Positions 9,829-18,528 of a stretch of DNA of 64,000 bases are shown here, piece after piece. The stretch's first letter is position 1. Every line of letters begins with the position of its first letter. The position numbers and the translations under genes are program-made. The stretch is taken from positions 25,641 through 89,640 of the forward strand of contig JAHIWS010000021.1 of NCBI GenBank assembly GCA_018815925.1, in the 5' to 3' direction. The DNA comes from Nanobdellota archaeon. Its GTDB lineage: Archaea > Nanobdellota > Nanobdellia > Pacearchaeales > GW2011-AR1. The notes beneath the pieces were generated by a model that was given only the letters and a program-made list of their open reading frames with translations, did not search any database and was not told where the DNA came from.

Positions 9829-10461
9829 ATGCAAACCCAAACAAAAATAATTTGGAAAATTTTTTTTATATTTATGGCGGTTTTAATTATAATTAGCATA
9901 TTATTTTTTCTAAAAGGAGATGATACTAATGATATTCTAAAAAAAATAACCCAAAATATTTTTGAAAATAACAAAGATAATCAAAAAACAACCTCTGATT
10001 CAGATAACACTCAAGAAATAATTACTTCTAGCCAAGATCAAAGTTCTTCATCTGGTGGAGGTGGTGGAGGAGAAAGTTCATCTTCTGAATCTAGTTCCTT
10101 AGACCTAGAATGCACTGGAAAAGAAATAAGTTACTCAATAATTAATAAAAATAAAACTTCTATTTGTAATTATTATTCAGGAGACATTTGTATTGATAAA
10201 ACAGTTAATTGTTATGCAGAGATTTATAACAGAGATACCACAATTAATGGCCTCTTTAAAATAGAACTAAGATTTCTAAAAGAAGAAGAAAACCAAGAAA
10301 ATGCTCTTGAAATCATAACAAAAGAATTTTTTTTAAATGCTCAAGAACATTATGTCTTTGAAGATTATATAAATATTCAAAGTACTGGAGAAAATGGAAG
10401 TGCAAATAAAGAAATATATTGCTTTTTTAACAGCATCATAATTCCAAGAAAGTGCACTTAA
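9829..10461 (+). CDS. membrane-anchored or secreted Ser/Gly-rich, Cys-containing protein
   Basis: N-terminal TM helix (IIWKIFFIFMAVLIIISILFFL), an S/G linker (SSSSGGGGGGESSSSESSS) and a Cys-containing C-terminal domain. Confidence 0.45.
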   Translation: MQTQTKIIWKIFFIFMAVLIIISILFFLKGDDTNDILKKITQNIFENNKDNQKTTSDSDNTQEIITSSQDQSSSSGGGGGGESSSSESSSLDLECTGKEISYSIINKNKTSICNYYSGDICIDKTVNCYAEIYNRDTTINGLFKIELRFLKEEENQENALEIITKEFFLNAQEHYVFEDYINIQSTGENGSANKEIYCFFNSIIIPRKCT

Positions 10462-10570
10462 AATAAAAAAGATAATAAAAAAAACAAAAAGATAATAAAA
10501 ATAAATAAAATTATTGTTGGTACAAGTGATTTTTCATAAACCTTTAATTCTAATTTCCTGTTTCCAGATA

Positions 10571-10846
10571 TCAATAGTGAGGAAATAAACAAATCCAGCA
10601 CCAACCCAATCCCAAGCCAAACAAAGCCAACACATAAATATTTTTACCTATGAAAATTAAAATAAATATTGCAATAAGAATAAAAATAATTCCATAGTGT
10701 AAATGATGAATTTGTAAACCTGTCTTTCTCCTCAACCAAAATTCTTTAAAATAAGCAGGGTGAATAACATACATAATCCTATAATAAATTAAGGGGAATA
10801 ACAAAAATATAATGAAAGTTAATAATTCATTCATTCTAAGCTTCAC
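10571..10846 (-). CDS. small integral membrane protein
   Basis: Three predicted TM helices. The start overlaps the pilin gene end by 11 nt. Confidence 0.4.
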   Translation of the reverse strand: MKLRMNELLTFIIFLLFPLIYYRIMYVIHPAYFKEFWLRRKTGLQIHHLHYGIIFILIAIFILIFIGKNIYVLALFGLGLGWCWICLFPHY

Positions 10847-11246
10847 TTATATCTAAATAATTTTCATATGCTGTAAGCACTAATTTCTTTGTTCCCTCTG
10901 TTATAGAAATTGTTCCCTGAATTGGAACATCACTCCTAAAAATTTCTCTATTATCACCTGAACTAGTACTTGTAACAACTAAAATATATTCATCATAGAT
11001 CGTAATCTCCCCTATGCCTGCTGGTAAAAAAAGACTAATAGAGGTCTTACTAGGCTCTCCTGAAAAAAACACTGATTCAGCTGAATTCAAAAGTTGGGTA
11101 AAAAAACTTTCTACCTGATTTAATTTAATTCGATCCTTTATCTTATCAGAATAAAACATAGCAATGACTAAAACAGACATAACAGCAAAAGTAACAAAAC
11201 TAATAACAATCATATATTCTATTCCAACTTGCGCTTTTTTCACCAT
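10836..11246 (-). CDS. archaeal type IV pilin-like protein
   Basis: MVKKA/QVGIEYMIVISFVTFAVMSVLVIAMF has an A/Q site, Glu+5 and a hydrophobic helix. Confidence 0.7.
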   Translation of the reverse strand: MVKKAQVGIEYMIVISFVTFAVMSVLVIAMFYSDKIKDRIKLNQVESFFTQLLNSAESVFFSGEPSKTSISLFLPAGIGEITIYDEYILVVTSTSSGDNREIFRSDVPIQGTISITEGTKKLVLTAYENYLDISEA

Positions 11247-11322
11247 TTTTTAGTAAACTTTATATAACTACTCATCTAATAAATATTAAAATAAGTATAT
11301 AAACATTTTCAGAAAAAAGATA

Positions 11323-11838
11323 ATGAAAAAAAGAGTTTTTTTAATAGTGCTAATTGTTATAATAATTTTATCAGGATTAAATATTTTATTATTTACAAAC
11401 AAAGGAACAATATCTTATGCATCAATTTCAGGAAGAATTACAGATAGCGATAAACCTCTTCCAATGGGAATAAGTATATCAGTAATAGCATTTATTATAC
11501 AGTGGATAATACTTTTATCTTTGCTATTTTTTGCCTATAGTAAATTTGTAAAACATAAAAAAATAGAAGAATTAAAAATAAATACCCCCTTAATAAAAAA
11601 GAAGAAAACAAAATCAGAAACAGATTTAGATATTTTATATGAATTATTAAAAGATAAAAAAAACCTAAGCATAAATTCTATTGGAAAAGTCTTTGACATT
11701 ACAAAAGAAAAAGCTCTAGAGTGGTCAAAAATTCTAGAGAATCATGAATTAGTAAGAATAGAATATCCTGCTTTCAATCCTCCAGAGGTAAGAATAAATG
11801 AAAAAGGAACAAAAGAAAATAATCAAAAAACTGTCTAA
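11323..11838 (+). CDS. membrane protein with C-terminal winged-helix-like domain
   Basis: Two TM helices, then DLDILYELLKDKKNLSINSIGKVFDITKEKALEWSKILENHELVRIEY, which looks like a wHTH. Sits immediately upstream of the pilus ATPase and overlaps it. Confidence 0.45.
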   Translation: MKKRVFLIVLIVIIILSGLNILLFTNKGTISYASISGRITDSDKPLPMGISISVIAFIIQWIILLSLLFFAYSKFVKHKKIEELKINTPLIKKKKTKSETDLDILYELLKDKKNLSINSIGKVFDITKEKALEWSKILENHELVRIEYPAFNPPEVRINEKGTKENNQKTV

Positions 11839-13918
11839 AATACAAACAAACAAAAAGAAAACTTTTAAAAATAAATTAAAAAATAATTTTTTAACAAAAA
11901 AAAGACAGTTAGTAAAAACCAAACAACTATTTAGGCCAGATGAAAAAAAAACAGATTTCCAACCAAACATATCAGAAAATTATCAGTTAAACATAGACAA
12001 AGCAGTAGTAAATATCAAAATAAGTAAAACAGAAGAAGGATTAACTTATAGTCTTTTTATTCCTGAAATAGAAAAAGGAACAGAAGCTTTATTAGATGAT
12101 ATAAGGAAAGACCTCATCACAATTACAAGCATTTCAATAGGTGAAATGGCTGATAAAAAAGCTGTTGAAAAAATAAAAAATAGATTCATAACTGATGCCC
12201 ATAACTTATTAAGAAAAAAAGTTCCCGACATTCAAATTGAAACCCAAGATTTTCTAATTGGGATGTTAATGCAAGAAATGCTTGGCTTAGGAAAAATAGA
12301 ATTCCTCATAAATGACCCTCAACTAGAAGAAATTGTAATTACCAGCAGTAAAGAACCAATAAGAATCTATCACAAAAAATATGGATGGCTTAAAACCAAC
12401 ATAATTCCAAAATCAGAAGATGAAATAGTAAATTATTCTAATATAATTGCAAGAAGAGTTGGAAGACAGATAAATGTTTTGGAACCCCTTCTTGATGCTC
12501 ATGTTGTTACAGGTGACAGAGCCAATGCAGTCCTATATCCTATTTCAACAAAAGGAAATACAATAACAATAAGAAAATTTGCAAGAGATCCTTTTACTAT
12601 TGCACATTTAATTGAAAACAAAACAGTAAGTATAGAAATAGCTTCCTTATTATGGCTTGCAATAGAATATGAGATGAATGTCCTAATTTCAGGAGGAACA
12701 GCTTCTGGAAAAACTGTTTTTCTTAATGCATGTATGCCTTTTATCCCTCCAAACCATAGGGTAATTAGTATGGAAGACACTAGGGAATTAATGTTGCCTG
12801 AATTCTTATATTGGTGCCCCCTTGTGACAAGAACTGCAAATCCTGAAGGAAAAGGAGAAGTTTCTATGTTAGATTTACTTGTAAACTCCTTAAGAATGAG
12901 ACCTGATAGAATAGTTCTAGGAGAAATAAGAAGACAAAAAGAAGCAGAAGTTTTATTTGAAGCTATGCATACTGGACACTCAGTATATGCAACTGTCCAT
13001 GCAGATACTGCAAATGAAACAATAAGGAGACTAACTAATCCTCCTATTAATGTTCCCCCAAATATGCTAGGTAATGTAAATCTAAATGTAGTAATGTTCA
13101 GAGACAGAAAAAGAGGTTTAAGAAGAACATCCCAAGTAGCAGAATTTATGCCTGGTAAAGAAAAAATTACTGCAAACATACTTCACAGATGGATTCCAGA
13201 AACAGATCAATTTGTAATTCACAATACAAGTCTATCTCTTTTTGATGAACTAGGAAGACATACAGGAATGTCAGAAAAAGAAATTCAAGAAAATCTAGAT
13301 AAAAAGAAAAAAATTCTAGAATGGACTATCAAAAACAAACTAAATGATTTAAAAACTATTGGAAAAATAATGAATCTTTATTATATGAATAAAGAAAAAC
13401 TTTATGACATAATAAAAAATAACTCAATAGATAAACTAAAAGAACCTAAAAAAATAGTTCCTCAAAAAATAAAACTAGAACCAAAACTAACTCCAAAACC
13501 AGAAATCAAAAATGAACCTTTTAAAAAGGTTGTCAAACCAGAAGAAGAAATAAGAAAGGAAAAGTTTGAAATTCCAATGATAAAAAAGGAAATAAAACCA
13601 CTTTCACAATTAAAAATTAAAGAATTGCCTCAACAACCCACATTCAAAGCAGAAAAAAAATTAATTCCTCCATTAGAATCAGAATATCTAAAAAGAAATT
13701 TATATCAACAACAACTCCAAAAACCAAAAACCCAACAAACACCTCAAAAACCAAGAATAAGAGAGGAGTACAAAAGAATTCCTGAAAAAATACAACCAAA
13801 AAATTCCCATCCCTCTAATGAAATGGATAAAATGAGAGAAGAAATAATGAAAATAGAGGGAGAATTAAAAAATTCTAAATTAAGAATAAGGAAAAAATAT
13901 CAAAAAGGAGGATTCTAA
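11798..13918 (+). CDS. type II/IV secretion-family ATPase (archaeal PilB/FlaI/VirB11-like) with long Lys/Pro/Glu-rich C-terminal tail
   Basis: Walker A SGGTASGKTVFLNA, Asp box MEDTRELMLP, Walker B DRIVLGEIR, His box HTGHSVYATVHAD and the N-domain motif TITIRKF. The last ~170 aa are low complexity. Confidence 0.9.
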   Translation: MKKEQKKIIKKLSKIQTNKKKTFKNKLKNNFLTKKRQLVKTKQLFRPDEKKTDFQPNISENYQLNIDKAVVNIKISKTEEGLTYSLFIPEIEKGTEALLDDIRKDLITITSISIGEMADKKAVEKIKNRFITDAHNLLRKKVPDIQIETQDFLIGMLMQEMLGLGKIEFLINDPQLEEIVITSSKEPIRIYHKKYGWLKTNIIPKSEDEIVNYSNIIARRVGRQINVLEPLLDAHVVTGDRANAVLYPISTKGNTITIRKFARDPFTIAHLIENKTVSIEIASLLWLAIEYEMNVLISGGTASGKTVFLNACMPFIPPNHRVISMEDTRELMLPEFLYWCPLVTRTANPEGKGEVSMLDLLVNSLRMRPDRIVLGEIRRQKEAEVLFEAMHTGHSVYATVHADTANETIRRLTNPPINVPPNMLGNVNLNVVMFRDRKRGLRRTSQVAEFMPGKEKITANILHRWIPETDQFVIHNTSLSLFDELGRHTGMSEKEIQENLDKKKKILEWTIKNKLNDLKTIGKIMNLYYMNKEKLYDIIKNNSIDKLKEPKKIVPQKIKLEPKLTPKPEIKNEPFKKVVKPEEEIRKEKFEIPMIKKEIKPLSQLKIKELPQQPTFKAEKKLIPPLESEYLKRNLYQQQLQKPKTQQTPQKPRIREEYKRIPEKIQPKNSHPSNEMDKMREEIMKIEGELKNSKLRIRKKYQKGGF

Positions 13919-14800
13919 ATGAAATTCAGAATTCCCTTATCTATCACTTCTGATATAGAAATTTTAAAAAGAAGAAGTAAAAATTTTGTTAAATTCACCA
14001 ATCCAAAACCAAGTAAATTAGATGAATATCTAAAAGACACTGATGCAAATATTAACAGAAGACAATACCTAGCAATTTGTTATAGATATTTTGTATTTAA
14101 TTTATTGACATTAACTGTTATATCTACCTCGTTATTTGGCATTTTTCAAGCAAGATTGTTCTATATTTATGGACTAATTCCTGCATTTTTAATTTCAGGA
14201 TTTATTTTGGCAAACCAAGCTTATCATCCAAAAATGTATTCTATGAACAAAGCCAAAAACATTGAAAAAAATTTAATTTCAGTTCTTCAAGATATGTTGG
14301 TGCAATTAAATTCAGGGATTCCTATGTTCAGAATTCTTGTTAATATTGCAGAAGCAGACTATCAAGAAGCAAGCAAAGTATTTGGAAATATAGTAAAAGA
14401 AATAAATACAGGAATTTCCCATATAGAAGCTATAGAAAAATATGGAAAATCAACAAATTCCCAATATCTCAAAAGAGTTCTTTGGCAGATTAGCAATGGT
14501 ATGAGATCTGGAAGTGATATGACACAAATAATAAAAGAGGGTATTAAATCACTAGTAGAAGAACAAACAATTCAAACACAACAATACGGGGGAAGGCTTA
14601 ACCCCTTAATTATGTTTTATATGCTAATTGCAGTAATTTTGCCTGCACTAGGGATTACTTTTTTAATAATTATTTCATCAATATTAAGCCTAGAAGAAAA
14701 AATAATGCAAGGTATTTTTGCCGGAATTTTTGGGGTTGTTGTTTTGATCCAAATCATGTTCCTAGGTGCAATTAAATCAAGGAGACCAAGTTTATTATGA
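13919..14800 (+). CDS. type IV pilus platform protein (T2SSF / FlaJ / TadB-like)
   Basis: Cytoplasmic helical T2SSF-like region (LQDMLVQLNSGIPMFRIL...ISNGMRSGSDM) flanked by TM helices. Abuts the ATPase stop. Confidence 0.75.
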   Translation: MKFRIPLSITSDIEILKRRSKNFVKFTNPKPSKLDEYLKDTDANINRRQYLAICYRYFVFNLLTLTVISTSLFGIFQARLFYIYGLIPAFLISGFILANQAYHPKMYSMNKAKNIEKNLISVLQDMLVQLNSGIPMFRILVNIAEADYQEASKVFGNIVKEINTGISHIEAIEKYGKSTNSQYLKRVLWQISNGMRSGSDMTQIIKEGIKSLVEEQTIQTQQYGGRLNPLIMFYMLIAVILPALGITFLIIISSILSLEEKIMQGIFAGIFGVVVLIQIMFLGAIKSRRPSLL

Positions 14801-15759
14801 ATCTCTTAAAAATATATCCTGAAAAATTCAGAGAAAATTACAAAAAAAACATAAAAAACGCAGGAATAGAAAAAGCACCAGAAGAATACCATAATTTTAT
14901 TTTTAAATTAAGCCTTATAATTGCGTTAATTTCGATTAGTTTTTTTTACTTCCTAAAAATAAATCTAATTTATTCTTTAGGAATTTTTATTCTTTTAAAT
15001 ATTTTCTTTTATTTTAAAACAAATCTAAAAGCAACTACAAGAATAAAAAAAATGGAGATTCTATTCCCAGATGTTATCTCTTTAATGGCAAGTAATTTAA
15101 GATCAGGAATAACAATTGAGAGAGCATTTTTACTTGCAGCAAGACCTGAATTTGCTCCATTAGATAAGGAAATATTAAATGCAGGTAAAGATATTACAAC
15201 AGGTATAGAAATTGTACATTCACTAAAAAAAATGAGTGAAAAAATAAATTCTGAAAAAATATCTAAAATAATAAATCTAATAAATTCTGGATTAAAAGCA
15301 GGAGGAAACATTGCAGATTTATTAGAACAAACATCATCTAATATGAAAGAAAAAGAAGTCCTAGAAAAAAAAGCAGCTTCAACAACCCTAATGTATGTAA
15401 TATTTATTTTTGTTGCAGTGGCAATAGGTGCACCAGTATTATTTGCATTAAGCTCTGTACTAGTTGAAGTGGTAATAAGTCTTGCTGAAAGGGTTCCTGA
15501 CGCAGGCAATATTCAAATGAACCTCCCACTCACATTTAGCAAAGTAGCTATATCAGTAAATTTCATTATTTATTTTGCAATATTCTTTATGATTGTCACA
15601 GATTTTATATCTTGCCATGTAATAGGTGTGGTAAACAAAGGTGAGGGAAAAGCAGGATTAAAATATTTTTTACCAATTATAGCAATAAGTATCTTACTCT
15701 TTTTCTTAATAAGAAAATTTGCATCTGGATTATTACTAGGTGTATTAACATCTACTTAG
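14797..15759 (+). CDS. type IV pilus platform protein (T2SSF / TadC-like)
   Basis: FPDVISLMASNLRSGITIERAF...INSGLKAGGNIADLLEQ plus multiple TM helices. 4-nt overlap with the previous gene. Confidence 0.75.
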   Translation: MNLLKIYPEKFRENYKKNIKNAGIEKAPEEYHNFIFKLSLIIALISISFFYFLKINLIYSLGIFILLNIFFYFKTNLKATTRIKKMEILFPDVISLMASNLRSGITIERAFLLAARPEFAPLDKEILNAGKDITTGIEIVHSLKKMSEKINSEKISKIINLINSGLKAGGNIADLLEQTSSNMKEKEVLEKKAASTTLMYVIFIFVAVAIGAPVLFALSSVLVEVVISLAERVPDAGNIQMNLPLTFSKVAISVNFIIYFAIFFMIVTDFISCHVIGVVNKGEGKAGLKYFLPIIAISILLFFLIRKFASGLLLGVLTST

Positions 15760-15793
15760 GAATATTTAAAAAACAAAGTATCTTTTAAATAAT

Positions 15794-16837
15794 ATGGGAA
15801 AAAAAACAACTAAAAAAAAGAAGGGTGTAAAGAAAAAACCATTAAAAAGAATTTCTAGAAAAAAGACTCTTAAAAAGAAAAGTAAGATTAAGGAAAAACC
15901 TAAGAAAAAAACTAATAAAAAGAAATCTTCTCAAGTAACTAAGAAAAAACAAACCAGACCCTCACGAATACAGTCCATTTTGTCTAAGCACATCCAAAGC
16001 AAAGAAAAACCAATACAAACAATAGAAAAACCTACGCTTCTTCCAGAAAGAATTTTACAAAGACCAAAAACAAGGTTCATTAGAAATATTGTAAAAAATT
16101 CAAAAGGAGTTCTAAGAAGAACAAATATAATATCAAAACTACCAAAAATAGGAACAGGAATTTCTGGATTTGATCAAATAAGTGAAGGAGGATTTGAAAA
16201 AGAATCAATTAATCTAGTTATTGGGGGAAGTGGGAGTGGAAAAACTATTTTTGCTTTGCGTTTTTTATTAGAAGGAGTAAAAAGAGGTGAAACAGTTTTA
16301 TATGTAAGTTTTGAAGAAAAGAAAAAAGAATTCTACAACAACATGGGAAAATTAGGATGGGATTTACAAAGATTAGAAAATTCAGGAAAATTTATTTTCC
16401 TTGAGTACTCTCCTGAAAAAGTGAAAATGACTCTTGATGAAGGAGGGGGTACAATTGAAACCCTTATCCTAAGGCACAAAATAACAAGAATGGTCATGGA
16501 TAGTATTACTAGTTTTTCATTATTATTTGAAGATGCTTTATCAAAAAAACAAGCAAACCTAGGATTATTTGATATAATAAATAAATGGAACACAACCACC
16601 CTTCTTACAGTCCAGCATGACCCTTTAAAAGGAAAAAGTGAGGATGTTTCTACAATAGAATTTGAAGCAGACAGCATAACTCTTTTATATTTCACAAAAG
16701 TAAGGGGAGAAAGAAAAAGATTTATTGAAATCCTAAAAATGCGTGGAACAAATCATTCAAAAGATACCTATATGTTTGAAATAGGCAGAGGAGGAATAGT
16801 GATTGGAAGACAAATAAATCTTAAAAAATTTATTTAA
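15794..16837 (+). CDS. KaiC/RecA-superfamily ATPase (ArlH/FlaH-like) with Lys-rich N-terminal tail
   Basis: GISGFDQISEGGFEKESINLVIGGSGSGKTIFALRFLLEG (Walker A), VLYVSFEE, Walker B-like MVMDSITS. The first ~110 aa are K-rich and low complexity. Confidence 0.8.
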   Translation: MGKKTTKKKKGVKKKPLKRISRKKTLKKKSKIKEKPKKKTNKKKSSQVTKKKQTRPSRIQSILSKHIQSKEKPIQTIEKPTLLPERILQRPKTRFIRNIVKNSKGVLRRTNIISKLPKIGTGISGFDQISEGGFEKESINLVIGGSGSGKTIFALRFLLEGVKRGETVLYVSFEEKKKEFYNNMGKLGWDLQRLENSGKFIFLEYSPEKVKMTLDEGGGTIETLILRHKITRMVMDSITSFSLLFEDALSKKQANLGLFDIINKWNTTTLLTVQHDPLKGKSEDVSTIEFEADSITLLYFTKVRGERKRFIEILKMRGTNHSKDTYMFEIGRGGIVIGRQINLKKFI

Positions 16838-16918
16838 TTTCTTATTTCCTATTCAAATAAAAAACACTGCTCAGCAAAGCTTCACAATTAATAAAAAAAT
16901 CAACTAGTTCTAGGGATC

Positions 16919-17980
16919 TTAATTTCTTAAAATGCTCTTATCCAAATCACTTTTACTAACTTTTTTAAGACTAGACTGAAATTTTTTTACAAATTTAGAT
17001 AATTCTTCAAACAACCTTTCTTTAACATCTTTTGTTAATATTTTTCCAGATTTGTAATCTTCAACAAGATTCTTACTTTGTTTTTCATCTAAAAATAATT
17101 TAGTCAAATAAAAGCAAGAAACATCTTTGTCAGAATCTGCTCCTTTTTTTCTCTGCTCTTCAGCTGTAACTGCTCCACCACTAAAAGCCCTATTAACCTT
17201 TTTCTTTATCACCTCTAAACTATCATTTAAAAAAATAGCATTATTTTTTGATTTAGACATTTTTTTCCCATCTATTCCTGGAAGAAAAAAACTATGAAGA
17301 ATTGCTGGTAATCTATATCCAAATTTACGTGCAACATCTCTTGAAATCCTTATGTGAGCATCTTCATCAGGCCCAATTATAACTAAAACATTTTTAATAT
17401 TAAATTTTTCTTGTGGAAACAAAACATGTGCGGACTGAACAGCCGGATAAAAATACATCCCAGGATTATCTTCATTTTTATACCCATAAGTAGCTTTAAT
17501 TTCAGAAAGGGTTATTTTTTTAGAAAGTTTAACTGCAAAATTATAAATATCTGTGTATATCTGATCAATTATAAAAAAAGTATTCTTAGGATCAAACCCA
17601 TAAGCTATTAATTCTTTAGCTAATTCTAAGGAATTTTTTAATGCTTCTTCTTGATCTTTTACTTTTCCAGTAATATAACTCTCATCGTCAGAGATAGGGA
17701 TAAAAACAGGAAGCTTATATTTTTTCTGGAAAAAAAGATTTGTATCAAAAACAGGTTTATGTCCTAAATGTATTGTTCCTGAAGCATTAAACCCAGAAAG
17801 AATAGCACATTTTTCACCTTTTTTTAAAGCAGAAAAAAATTTATCAAAATCTCTGTGAGAATAAATAAGATTTTTCTGAAAAGTATAAAATTGAGGCAGT
17901 TTACCTAATTTGGATATACGCACAGCTCCAAATTTCTCCACGAGCTTCCTATTATCTTCTTCTAAATTATTAATATCCAT
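16919..17980 (-). CDS. trpS: tryptophanyl-tRNA synthetase (archaeal/eukaryal type)
   Basis: HIGH-type GTIHLGH, ISDDESY (equivalent to the TDDEK element of TrpRS) and the KMSKS loop GKKMSKS. Confidence 0.85.
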   Translation of the reverse strand: MDINNLEEDNRKLVEKFGAVRISKLGKLPQFYTFQKNLIYSHRDFDKFFSALKKGEKCAILSGFNASGTIHLGHKPVFDTNLFFQKKYKLPVFIPISDDESYITGKVKDQEEALKNSLELAKELIAYGFDPKNTFFIIDQIYTDIYNFAVKLSKKITLSEIKATYGYKNEDNPGMYFYPAVQSAHVLFPQEKFNIKNVLVIIGPDEDAHIRISRDVARKFGYRLPAILHSFFLPGIDGKKMSKSKNNAIFLNDSLEVIKKKVNRAFSGGAVTAEEQRKKGADSDKDVSCFYLTKLFLDEKQSKNLVEDYKSGKILTKDVKERLFEELSKFVKKFQSSLKKVSKSDLDKSILRN

Positions 17981-18022
17981 AAATAAGAAAAACAGAAGAA
18001 GTTTATAAAGATTTCACACTAA

Positions 18023-18466
18023 TTATGGTACCTGTGCATTGCTTAATATTTCTTGCACTTCTTCATAAGTCATTGTCTGAAGACCAGATTCTTTAGCAGG
18101 ATTAGAGCACACACCAACTTGCTCAACAGGAACAGGTCCTGCTTTATATAAATAAAACATTAAATAAGTTACATCAAACATATTAACAAGACCATTATTA
18201 TTAACATCACCACAAGAAGTAATTGGATTACAAAAAGGTGCAGACCCTCCTTTGCATAAATAAGATATTAAATAGATTACATCAAACATATTGACTGTTT
18301 TATCTCCATTTGCATCTGCACATAATGGTGTAAAAGGAGAAAAAGATATTTCCCCATCATTCATAAAATTATCAAACTCCACAGCAAAAAATACCTCAAG
18401 AATTAAAATTCCCATCAAAAAACTAATCAACCATTCCTCCTTACCCATGAACTTTCCAAGCACCAT
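18023..18466 (-). CDS. membrane-anchored dockerin-domain protein
   Basis: N-terminal TM helix. Two dockerin/EF-hand-like repeats: DANGDKTVNMFDVIYLISYL and DVNNNGLVNMFDVTYLMFYL. Confidence 0.7.
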   Translation of the reverse strand: MVLGKFMGKEEWLISFLMGILILEVFFAVEFDNFMNDGEISFSPFTPLCADANGDKTVNMFDVIYLISYLCKGGSAPFCNPITSCGDVNNNGLVNMFDVTYLMFYLYKAGPVPVEQVGVCSNPAKESGLQTMTYEEVQEILSNAQVP

Positions 18467-18483
18467 ATGTTTTTAAAGGTTAT

Positions 18484-18492
18484 AGAAGTATA
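18484..18492. repeat. 9-bp target-site duplication, left copy (AGAAGTATA)
   Basis: Identical 9-mer at 22165..22173, each one nt outside the terminal inverted repeats. Confidence 0.8.
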
Positions 18493-18493
18493 A

Positions 18494-18509
18494 GCTTTGT
18501 TTAATAAGT
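18494..18509. repeat. left terminal inverted repeat (GCTTTGTTTAATAAGT)
   Basis: Exact reverse complement of 22148..22163. Confidence 0.8.
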
Positions 18510-18528
18510 AGATTCTGTTTAAAAAGTC

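Noticed and set aside
10571-10846. Small membrane protein in the pilin operon considered as a truncated prepilin peptidase (GLGLGW resembles GxGD).
   Set aside because: It lacks both catalytic Asp residues and is far too short. The downstream frames do not extend it.
12499-13179. 226-aa minus-strand ORF inside the pilus ATPase gene. Similar listed ORFs include 1016..1231, 1283..1480, 6455..6727, 7388..7576, 7988..8314, 8380..8619, 15009..15509, 16333..16695, 33856..34101, 35240..35560, 48390..48668, 52526..52774 and 56566..56855.
   Set aside because: All lie antisense or out of frame within CDSs that carry strong family motifs. Their translations are L/F/I/S-rich low-complexity strings, typical of shadow ORFs in AT-rich DNA.
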